A stretch of 64,000 nt of DNA. It comes from Diplonema japonicum. Its lineage: Eukaryota; Protista; Euglenozoa: Diplonemea. Within the stretch, counting starts at the first letter, position 1. Every line of letters begins with the position of its first letter. The stretch is taken from positions 620,001 to 684,000 of the forward strand of contig OZ025657.1 of NCBI GenBank assembly GCA_964019335.1, given 5' to 3'. Positions 33,623 to 43,184 of the stretch are shown in pieces. Under the pieces are notes generated by a model, which ran no database searches, had not been told where the DNA came from, and saw nothing but the letters and a program-made list of their open reading frames with translations. Made by a program: the position numbers and the translations under genes.

Positions 33623-34435
33623 CTACCTGATTTGCAACGTTATGTCAGTCCCGACGTTCAAACGAATTAACATGCGCAACTCGGAGTCGGATGTAACAAC
33701 GGTCCCTTCCCCGAGCTGCGTCCCCGCCTTCACATAATGTAGTTCCCGGCAGGTCTTCGCTGTCAGGCGGAGCTTTTGTTTTGCTGTCTGCAGCAGACAC
33801 TTTATGGATAGAGATGCCACATCAACCACAACGACTTTGTTCTGTACTGATTTTGGAGAGGACAATTCAATCCTCGCTGTCGGCTGTTCACGTGAGTACT
33901 TCGGACTGATTCCAATGTTTAGCCCAGTCATGCTCATTGCAACATCCGTCTTGTCTAGCCTCTGCAGGTTTATCTTTGAGAACTTGTTTGGTACCGAAGG
34001 CAGTGTGAGAATACGAGCCATTTCGGCAGCCCTCAAAAGCGTTGCATAATTGTCATAGAATACAGGGCTGTGATGGTCCACCACCATCACACCTGATGGC
34101 GATGGGATGAGTTCTGCATGTGTGACAGTGTGTGCTAGTTCATGGATGAAGGTCTGGATGAGCAACTCAATTGGCAACGGGCCCCTCTTTACCTCAGGTG
34201 GGTAAATGCCCACTGCGATGCGACGTACCTTCATTGCCGACGTGGTTGTGTTGCTGCCCTCCCAATGGTACTCAATGTCAGTGAGTCCATGGCAGTCGGC
34301 CATGTTCAGTTCATGTGATGCTTCTTCAATAGGATATTCCTGTGAGAGGCCAATCTCAGGCAGTGCTGTACACAAAAGGTCGCGAATTTCATGAAGCACA
34401 TTCAAAATGTCATCTGGTTGGCTGAAAGGAGACAT
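33623..34435 (-). CDS. WLM/Wss1-like zinc metallopeptidase with C-terminal ubiquitin-like segment
   Basis: LIQTFIHELAH (HExxH) followed by HHSPVFY..Y..L. C-terminal beta-grasp-like pattern LLQTAKQKLRL...GTDITLQ. Confidence 0.6.
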   Translation of the reverse strand: MSPFSQPDDILNVLHEIRDLLCTALPEIGLSQEYPIEEASHELNMADCHGLTDIEYHWEGSNTTTSAMKVRRIAVGIYPPEVKRGPLPIELLIQTFIHELAHTVTHAELIPSPSGVMVVDHHSPVFYDNYATLLRAAEMARILTLPSVPNKFSKINLQRLDKTDVAMSMTGLNIGISPKYSREQPTARIELSSPKSVQNKVVVVDVASLSIKCLLQTAKQKLRLTAKTCRELHYVKAGTQLGEGTVVTSDSELRMLIRLNVGTDITLQIR

Positions 34436-35753
34436 TTGAACAATCTGAGAACGGGGGTTGATTGAGTTGTAGTAAAAAAAAAAAAAAAAAAAAACCTGCT
34501 AAGAAAGTAAACTGACAACCATAAACTAACCCTTAGACTACCCAACTGCTTTGGTAGAAACAGAAAATGTGGGAAACTCTTCCTTAGTCCATCTAGACTG
34601 AAGGAAGGAAAGGAAGAGTGAAGTTCAAAAGATGTGAAACCTGTGTTAAATCAGTGTTGGTCCAGTGTTGTTACGAGAATGGGTTGCCCCCCCGAGATTT
34701 TCGGGGGGGGCATGGGGGGGCAAATCCAGGGGGGCAGGGGGGTGGGGGGGCAAAAAAAAATTTATAGTGTCCAAAAAAAAATTTTTTCCGCCCAAAAAAA
34801 GTTGTCAAAGACACCCAAAAATTGATTTTTTTCCAAAAAAAAAATTTTTTTTTCTCAAAAGTACCTATCCTAGGCCTTAATAGAGGCTTTTAGTGAAGTG
34901 GGGTGAAAGTGAGATGTTTGGGGGTCAAAAAAAAAGGTGCCCAAAAAAAATTATTTTTCACATGAACAAGTGGTCAAAAACACCTGAAGAGTGGTTTTTT
35001 ACCTCAGAAAAATTGATTTTTTTCTAAAAGGGTACCTATATCAGGCCTAGTAATGGTCTATCTGTTGGTTTTCTCTCCTTTATGACTTACCCTTCTCATT
35101 CTTTGTATTTACCCCCCTTTTTTTACTGTACTTTATTGGGTGCATGCATTGTTGTTATGGGAAAAAACCCAGGGGGGCAAAAAATTTTTTCTTTTCTAGG
35201 GACCCTCACTCATTTAGCACCCTCAAAACAGACTTTTTTGGAAATTTTTGGCCAAAAAAATTTTTTGGCTTGTGTTTTTTACCACCATGGAACCCTGGAG
35301 GGTCTGATAGACAGCCAAATTGTTGAACATGCTTGTGTAAGGGAAGTCGGAAAAAAAGAAGGGTGGGACAGAGAAAGGGAAAAAAGGGAAAGGGGAAGAG
35401 GGAGAAAGAGAGGAAGGAGGAGGGAGAAGGGGTTCTGTTCCGTTTTAGGGGATGGGATGGGACTGACCAACACTGTCCCAGGGGACCCCAAACTTGGGGT
35501 CACTTTGGCAATTTTTGACCCCAAAATTTTTTTTCTGGAAATAGCCAGAAAACATGAAATTTATATTAACCATCTACCAATGAGTGTCTTTATAGAGACG
35601 ATTTGAAAAAAAATCTTTTGCGCAAAGGGCTTTCAATGCAATACAGCCTGGCCACTTCTCGCATCCAGGGTCCTGTGTGGAAAATATGAAAAATATAAAC
35701 TAAATGCTGCCCTAACTTAACAAGAAAAAGAAAAAAAAAAAGAAAAAAAAAAA

Positions 35754-35795
35754 GAGACATTTAAGGGTACCTGCGGTATGTGACAGGATGCCTGA
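35754..35795 (+). repeat. About 42-bp dispersed repeat GAGACATTTAAGGGTACCTGCGGTATGTGACAGGATGCCTGA
   Basis: Inverted copies at 38440-38481 and 40391-40429, plus a diverged copy at 59615-59652. Confidence 0.8.
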
Positions 35796-35843
35796 AAAAA
35801 AACGCCAGCCCAAATTTACCCTTAAAAATCACTTCAAAAAAGG

Positions 35844-36356
35844 GTGCCCAGAAAGAGGCTGGAAGAGGACATTATGAGTGATGGTAGCACTGATGGCTCA
35901 TCCCTATTATGCAATTTTGGTACAGACAGTGATTCTGATATGAATTCGACTGATTCTGAGTCACAGCAGGGTGATTGGACAGCAAAGCTGGAGTGGTTGG
36001 AAGGCATCTGGTTTTGTGAAGATTGGAATCCTTGTGGACCCTGTTTTGACATCAGAGGCTCAATGCCATTCCATATATTCTCCCAAATGCTCGCCCCAAA
36101 TGTTATTTGGGTCATAATTTCAAACAATGTGGCAAATGCGGCTAAAAAAGGTGTTTCCCTGGATCTCAATGCTGCTTCTTTGCATACCTTCCTAGGTGTC
36201 CTTTTGTCAATGGACTTGGATATCAAGCCAGATTATTCTGACTACTGGCACACTGGCTCCACATCTCTCAACCACACCCCTGGGCATGCCACCATTATGT
36301 CAAGAGACTGCTTTTTGACTGTACTGAATTCTGGGAAATCTGTGTTTCCACAGTGA
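35844..36356 (+). pseudogene. piggyBac-type transposase N-terminal fragment
   Basis: FHIFSQM...I...N..A...L.TFLGVLLSM....P...DYW.......P....MSRDCF matches the pre-catalytic region of piggyBac transposases. It is truncated before the catalytic triad. Confidence 0.7.
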
Positions 36357-36714
36357 AACAAACAAGTGTGCTGACTTCTACCTATTGCAAAGGCCTCTCA
36401 GAGATCATGGATGCCCCAAAGAAGCAAGGCCACAAGCCCAAGGACGTGCATCCTGTGGGGCACCCAGTTCCACCAGCACATGTGCCTGAACCTATTTAAT
36501 TTTTAAACCTAATAAAGAAAGTGTAAATCTCCTAATCAAGATTTTTTAGTACCAGTGTTGCCAAAATGGGCTGAAAATTAAAGTACCTGTGGTTACTTAA
36601 TCAAAAATCACCATCTCTAATCAGGCCTTCCCATACCTGGCATGGCCACTGGCTCCTTTTTTTCTGCTGCTTTGGTATTTTGAAGTTATTTGGGGAGCTT
36701 GGGTAAGCTGACTA

Positions 36715-36765
36715 AGTTACCCTTACCCACAGAAGAGTTACCCACAGAAGAGTTACCCCCAGAAA
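36715..36765 (+). repeat. 15-bp tandem repeat (AGTTACCCACAGAAG, about 3 copies)
   Basis: Directly visible. Confidence 0.7.
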
Positions 36766-37059
36766 CTGGGAACAAGGCCTAGCCAAAAGTGGGCAAATTG
36801 GGAGGAAAAAGTAGTCCAACTTGGAACTGAGCCAAGGCAAAAGTTGGCCAATTGAGCTGAACCTGGGGGGAAATAGCAAACTGAGAGGAAAAAGTAGCCC
36901 CACTGGGAACCAAACTGAGGCAAAAATTGGCCTACTGAGGTATATTATTTACAGAAACCCCACTTTGCACCTATCTACTCTGGTGCACTACAGCTGCAGG
37001 TATGTACAAATGTCTGGAAATGTTGTATTTGGATGTAATATAACCCGGCTGTGGTGATT

Positions 37060-38290
37060 GATGCAGGGGGTACACCACAGCCAAGTTGTAGCTTCTTCTG
37101 CATTCTGTGTTGTGTCCTTAATGTGTGTGGTGTTCAGCTCAACCCCAGCCAGGGTGTCCTGGGTAACCAAGATTCTGCTTGTGCAGGATTGGGCCATTCC
37201 ATTCCCTTCTACCAAACTGAAAGTCAGAACTTGGCAGAATGGCAGAACCGGAACTTGGTGGAACAGGGAATTCCTTACTTTTTTTTTTGTTTTAACAATA
37301 TTATTGTCGAGACTAAAAACTCAGTGTAATGAGCTATTTTATTAGGTAAAATTTCACTTGTGCACACAAACAAATGGAGTGTCAACCTAGTTTTTTCCCC
37401 CCCCCCTTTTTTTTTCCTCTTTGCATCATCAAGGTTGAAAGTGGTGACTATATCACCACAACACTGACAGCACAATATTCCATGTCGTGTCCTTAATGTG
37501 TGCAGTGTGCAGCTCAACACCAGCCATGGCCCTGGTAACTAAGATTCTGGGCAGTTCATCACCCTGAGCATCTGCAATACATTCCTCCACTTGGGCACAA
37601 CCAGTGATGACCAACATGGAGGTCAACAGTGAACAACACATCTGATGTACTTCTTATATTTCCATGTTATCCCCACCACCTGAATGATATATATATGAGT
37701 TAAAAGAGGCTGGTGTTGGTGGTGCCCTGCACAAGAACTGTCTGCTTGATTACAGGGGTGCACCACAACCGAGTTGTAGCTTCTTCTGCATTCTGTGTCA
37801 TGTCTTTAATGTGTGTGGTGTAGTTTGCTGCCTGTTTGTCACCCTAAGCATCTGCATTATGTTCTTCCACTTGGGAGCTACCAGTGATGACCAATGAGGA
37901 GGTCAACAGTGAACAACACATCTGATGTTTTTTCATGCAATCCCCACCACCTTTGGAATAATATACAAGAGTTAAAGGAGGCTGGTGTTGGCAGTGCCCT
38001 GCACAAGAACTGTCTACTTGATTACAGGGGGTGCACCACAGCCGTGTTGTAGCTTCTTCTGCATTCTGCATCATGTCCTTAATCACTGCAGCCAAGTTGT
38101 AGCTTCTTCTGTGCTCTGTGTTGTGTCCTTAATGTGTGCAGGGTTCACCTCAACCCTAGCTGGGGCACCCTGGGTAACCAAGATTCTGCACTCGTGTGGT
38201 TTGCTCAGTGATGACTGATGAGGAGGTCAACAGTGAACAACACATCTGATGTTTTTCTTATATTTTCATGTTATCCCCACCACCTGAAAA
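37060..38290 (+). repeat. Tandem degenerate copies of the ~300-bp repeat
   Basis: GAACAACACATCTGATG at about 37631, 37911 and 38235; GAGTTAAA.GAGGCTGGTGTTGG at about 37697 and 37969. Confidence 0.85.
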
Positions 38291-38295
38291 AGAAG

Positions 38296-38329
<34 letters not shown>

Positions 38330-38631
38330 CTTTACCAACTTGGTTGAGGGTTTTATACCTAAGGTACCGAGGAGGGTGAACGAGGGGCCAAGGCCACACC
38401 AGAGCAGAAAGGTTTGATCAAGAGATAGATTGAGACTCTTCAGGCATCCTGCCACATACTGCAGGTACCCTTAAATGTCTCTTTTCTTTTTTTCTTCTTT
38501 TTTTTCTTTGTTTTGTTGTTGTTGTTGTCTCTCAGTACCTGTGTAACATCTTTTCTTGTAGACATCTGTTTTTTTGTTTGAACTCTGCAGCAAAAAAAAG
38601 GGGGGGATGTGGTGTTGTGGTTGTATCTTGT

Positions 38632-38740
38632 ACAGTCTGGTTCAGTCCAGTCCGGTCTGGTCCAGTCCAGTCAGTCCAGCATAATTGGGTCGAAATTCAC
38701 ACTGGATCCAGTCCAGTCTGGTCCAGTCTAGTCTAGTCCT
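38632..38740 (+). repeat. (GTCCA/GTCTG)n pentanucleotide microsatellite
   Basis: CAGTCCAGTCCGGTCTGGTCCAGTCCAG... in two blocks. Confidence 0.75.
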
Positions 38741-39514
38741 AATTAGGATTCACCCATCACTGTTGGGGGCTGAAAAAAAAATTTTTTTTTGGGGTCACCT
38801 GGTCACTCAGGCACCCTCAAAATGGACTTTTTTTTATTTTTTTGCAAAAAGAAATTTTTTTTTCCCCAGCAGTGCCCTTACCAAGGCTGACTTTGCCATT
38901 TTTTGGGATTTTTCCAAAGGGAAATTTGGCCTTGGGGGGTGAAAAAAAAATTTTTTTTTCTGGGGCCACATGGCACTTGGGCACTCTCAAAATAGAGATT
39001 TTTTTATTTTTTTGGAAAAAAAAATTTTTTCCCCTCTGGTAGAGCCCTTACCAAGGCTGATTTTGCTGTTTTTTACCCAAAAATTCCCCTTAATAAATTG
39101 GCCAAAAACTATGAAAAATAGGTAGATTTAACCTTTTTAACCCAATTCTGCAGTGTAAAAAATCCAGAAGATTTTTTTTGCAACATTCTATGGGTGAAAT
39201 TGACATAGAACCTAAAACCTAGAAAAAGAAGGGGGTGGTAAAATCACCCTTAAAAGAAGTCAATCCCTGTCATGCTGCTTGCCAATTTAACTAGTTATTA
39301 ATGAGATTTTTGGAGTTGAAGTGAAAAAATGGGTCTCATTGTCGAAAAAATGTACCCAACCCCTTCAATTTTTTTTTAGAGATGGGGTATTTTGACTGTT
39401 TTTAGCCATCTGAGGCCATTCCAGCCTTAAAAGTGGGAATAAGTGATTTACTTCCCCTTAAAATGCCACACTGAAATAGCTATCCCATATTACCTTGGGG
39501 AAATCCCCAACAAA

Positions 39515-40292
39515 GCTGGCACACCACATGCATTAAGGACACAATGCAAAATGCAGAAGAAGAAGACAATAACACCACACAACAACTTGGCCAAGGCACC
39601 CCCTGTAGTCAGGTGGGCAGTCTCGTCTGAGGGGTCTGGCCGGTCCACCCCACAAACCACCCCAACACTGCGAATTTTCGAGGTGGTGTGTTGTGACTTA
39701 TTTTTACACCATGTATGGCATACCTGACATTGCACACAATGTATGCAACTCAGGGTGCACAACACAGTGCACAACATGGCACGTGTTTTATAACATGTAC
39801 CACTATACTGCACAGGGAAAAGCAGGTGGGGTTGAGCTGTACACCACACACATTAAGGACACAACACAGAACACAGAAGAAGCTACAACCCAGCCGCAGA
39901 ATACAAGAAGCTACAACCCAGCTATGGTGATCAAGAAATGACACAGAATACAGAAAAAGCTACAACTCAGCCACAATGATTAAGGACACAACACAGAATG
40001 CCGAAGAAGCTATAACCCTGCTGCAGTAATTAAAAAAATTCGGCATGTGGAATGCAGAAGAAGCTACAACCCGGCTGTGGTGCACCCTGTAATCAAGTAG
40101 ACAGTTCTTGTGCAGGGCACTGCCAACACCGGCCTCCTTTAACTCGTATATTATTCCAAAGGTGGTGGGGATAACATGAAAAAACATCAGATGTGTTGTT
40201 CGCTGTTGACCTCCTCATTGGTCATCACTGAGCAAACCGCACGAGCACAGCTCTTGGTTACCTGGGGCGCCCTGGCTGGGGTTGAGCTGAAC
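39515..40292 (-). repeat. Inverted copies of the ~300-bp repeat and its ~52-bp subrepeat
   Basis: GCAGAAGAAGCTACAACCC, ATTAAGGACAC and CATCAGATGTGTTGTTC are reverse complements of the unit motifs. Confidence 0.85.
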
Positions 40293-40426
40293 ATTTTGGA
40301 AAAAAAAAAAAAAAAAAAATGGGGAAAAAAAAAAGAGAAAAAAAATCCTTGATTTTTTTTGACATACATGATGTGTTTACCTTCTTTTTTGGCGTCCTGC
40401 CACATACCGCAGGTACCCTTAAATGT

Positions 40427-40476
<50 letters not shown>

Positions 40477-40609
40477 CTCAACTTTTGTTTCTGCTTTCTG
40501 CATCAAATGTTGTATTTGGATGTAATAGAAAAGGAGAAATAATAAATAATATGTACAAGAGGAGGGTGTGTATGTTATACAACCTGTGTAAACAGATCGG
40601 TTCCTTGCT

Positions 40610-41270
40610 TTCAGTGCCGTGCCCCTAATGCGTGCGATGTACAGCTCAACCCCTGCATTGCACTGCCTGTTTGTTGCACATATTTTCATGTTGTCCCCCC
40701 CCCCACCTGAAAATAATATATAGGAGATAAATATATGAGTTAAAGGAGGCTGGTGTTGGCAGCACCCTGCACAAGAACTGTCTACTTGATTACAGGGGGG
40801 CGCACCACAGCCGAGTTGTAGCTTCTTCTGCATTCTGCATCGTTTCCTTAATCACCGTGGCCAGGATGTAGCTTCTTCTGCGTTCCACATCGTGCCCTTA
40901 ATCACTGCAGCCAGGTTGTAACTTCTTGCATTCCGTGTCATTTCCTTAACCACCACGGCCGGGTTGTAGCTTCTTCTGCATTCTGCGTCGTGTCCTTAAT
41001 CACCGTGGCCGAGTTGTAGCTTTTTGTGTTCCGTGTCATTTCCTTAATCACTATGGCCGGACGGCCGGGTTGTAGCTTCTTCTGTGTTCTGTGTCGTGTC
41101 CTTAATGTGTGTGGTGTTCAGCTCAACCCCAGCCAGGGCACCCCAGGTAACCAAGATTCTGCACTCGTGTTGTTTGCTCAGTGATGACAGATGAGGAGGT
41201 CAACAGTGAACAACACATCTGATGTTTTTCTTATATTTTCATGTTATCCCCACCACCTGAAAAAGAAGAT
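40610..41270 (+). repeat. Repeat unit with internal tandem array of about 6 x ~52-bp subrepeat
   Basis: GTTGTAGCTTCTTCTGCATTC...CCTTAATCAC repeated over about 40810-41105. More CpGs are retained than in the 37-38 kb copies. Confidence 0.85.
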
Positions 41271-41272
41271 AA

Positions 41273-41304
<32 letters not shown>

Positions 41305-41528
41305 CCAACAGTCAGCACCCCCATGCACACTGAAATTTTATTGTTTTTTTTTTTTTTTTTTTTTTTACATAGTCACAACAAGGTAGTATGAGCCTTGCCT
41401 CACATCCCACCCAAACCTAGGACCTCTTTTTTTGAACCTTTGAAACCAAAAGTACCAAAAAAATGCAAGCCCCAGCCTAAATTTGGGCCTTTGTGACACA
41501 AAAACACAAAGAAATTTTTTGGTCCCAA

Positions 41529-41666
41529 GAGTCCCCTGAGTCCCCTCCAGACCCCTGAGTCCCTTGAGTCCCTCCAGTCCCCTGAGTCCCCTGAGTCCCC
41601 TCCAGACCCCTGAAAATTTCAGGGGACTCCTGTCCTGTCCCTTGGAGTCCCTCCCCTGAGTCCCTC
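41529..41666 (+). repeat. GAGTCCCCT nonamer minisatellite
   Basis: About 10 degenerate copies directly visible. Confidence 0.8.
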
Positions 41667-42076
41667 AAGGGTCTGGACCAACACTGGTACACCACAGCCA
41701 AGTTGTAGCTTCTTCTGCATTCTGTGTCATGTCCTTAATGTGTGGTGTTCAGCTCAACCCCAGCCAGGGCATCCTGGGTAACCAAGATTCTGCTCATGCA
41801 GGGGTGGGTTGTTTTGTTCCCTTCTGCCAAAAAATAGAAGTGGGTTTTTTACCTCTCTCTTTTCCTTTTTTTTCTTTCCCCTTTTCCTCATGAAACACTG
41901 ATAAACGCAAATGATAGAGGGAGGTAGGTGGGAGGATCTTGTAGCCCTGTCCTTCAATTTTAACAATACTGGGTATACATTTTATTCAACATTGGTTAGT
42001 TTCATGTTTCCTCGTGTTCCCTTCTTCAGTAAGTACTGTATCATCCAGCTAAAATGTGTCAGAAGTGTATTTGAAA

Positions 42077-43108
42077 ATGAATAAAGGTGATGCTAATAGA
42101 ATGGGGAAGAGTCTAGGTGCAAGCAAGCTGCCAGAGGATGGTACTACACCACAACAGATGTTGCTGGAAGAACTCAGTGAAGACCAGAAAGTATTGGACA
42201 ACCTACACAAGGGTGTTGCATTGATGACCAACAAGGCGTTAAAAGAGCAGAAAACGTGGTTGCAGTACTATGTTTCTGTGTACAATTTCAGCCCTTACAC
42301 ATTATGCCCACAAGCGTGTCCAGAAGGTACAGATTTATTGCAGGAACCTTATGTGGCATCGTCACATATTGAAGGCTCTAGAGTGGCTGCAGGCACAACA
42401 GTAATTCAACCAGAACCGCTTGACAGAAATCAAGAGTTTACACTGGTGCACACATCCAATGGGGCAAAGGGGTATTTGAGAACAAGTGTGCTACTTGAGC
42501 CTGCAGGGACTGAGTCTAAAAAAAGAGCACGTGAAACAGGACGTGATGATGAACCCGTAAAAGTAAAAAGAAGCACATCCACAAGTCTGCCTTGTGGGAC
42601 ACAAATGGAGTACAACGAAAATGGGGAATGGACAGAATGGACCGTGGTGCAATCCTCCCCCAGCGCCATTGAGATCGAGAACAACGCAGGTGAGCGACGG
42701 CACGTAGATGCAGGTCAAATGCCGATGCTGCGCTACACCCGACGCCTTCCGTTTAGCTATAAGACCAAAGTGGAAGTCCTCCGCAGCGATGGGAGCTGGT
42801 CTCCTGGTACCGTGACATCTATTTGCCCCATGGGCCTAACAGTGTCCTTTTCACAGGCTTCAAACAAGACAGTACCGTACAGCAAAGTACGTAGTCATGT
42901 TAAGGTTGTCTCGGTGGCTCCGTTCTACCTCCCGCACCGTGCTGCCCTCCTTAAGAGAAGCAATGGGTCGTGGAGCAGAGGTGTCATTAAGATGGTCAAC
43001 TCCCAGGGTTACACCGTCAAGCTTCAGGAGACGTCAAAAGTTGTGCCTTTTGATAAATCAGACATGTTACAGCCAGAAGGAGAGGGGTGGGCGGGAGGGA
43101 AAATTTAA
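42077..43108 (+). CDS. Hypothetical protein with three C-terminal SH3/Tudor-like repeats
   Basis: Repeats NENGEWTEWTV, VEVLRSDGSWSPGTV, LLKRSNGSWSRGVI, each followed by a K.VP or similar motif. First ATG at 42077. Confidence 0.65.
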   Translation: MNKGDANRMGKSLGASKLPEDGTTPQQMLLEELSEDQKVLDNLHKGVALMTNKALKEQKTWLQYYVSVYNFSPYTLCPQACPEGTDLLQEPYVASSHIEGSRVAAGTTVIQPEPLDRNQEFTLVHTSNGAKGYLRTSVLLEPAGTESKKRARETGRDDEPVKVKRSTSTSLPCGTQMEYNENGEWTEWTVVQSSPSAIEIENNAGERRHVDAGQMPMLRYTRRLPFSYKTKVEVLRSDGSWSPGTVTSICPMGLTVSFSQASNKTVPYSKVRSHVKVVSVAPFYLPHRAALLKRSNGSWSRGVIKMVNSQGYTVKLQETSKVVPFDKSDMLQPEGEGWAGGKI

Positions 43109-43184
43109 CCAATCTTTGTTTATTCTATCACAATCTCATCAACATTCACAGCACGCAGGGGAGGAAGGGGGGAGGGGGCGTGAT

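Larger units (their letters stand above)
34436..42076. promoter_or_regulatory. Divergent strand-switch region between two unidirectional gene clusters
   Basis: All intact genes to the left are on the minus strand and all to the right are on the plus strand. The interval holds only repeats and transposon fragments. A promoter role is inferred by analogy with kinetoplastids. Confidence 0.6.

Noticed and set aside
35644-35675. Weak resemblance to the ingi/L1Tc 5' signature (GGCCAC...CCAGGGTC)
   Set aside because: Short, gapped, compared from memory, and no retroposon body follows.
40810-41105. Regularly spaced ~52-bp repeats suggesting a CRISPR array
   Set aside because: Whole units are homologous with no unique spacers, there are no cas genes, and the context is eukaryotic.
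42897-43184. N-terminal extension of PLC in the ORF track, overlapping the upstream gene
   Set aside because: It overlaps another CDS and the intergenic acceptor region. ATG 43185 fits the domain start and local gene spacing.
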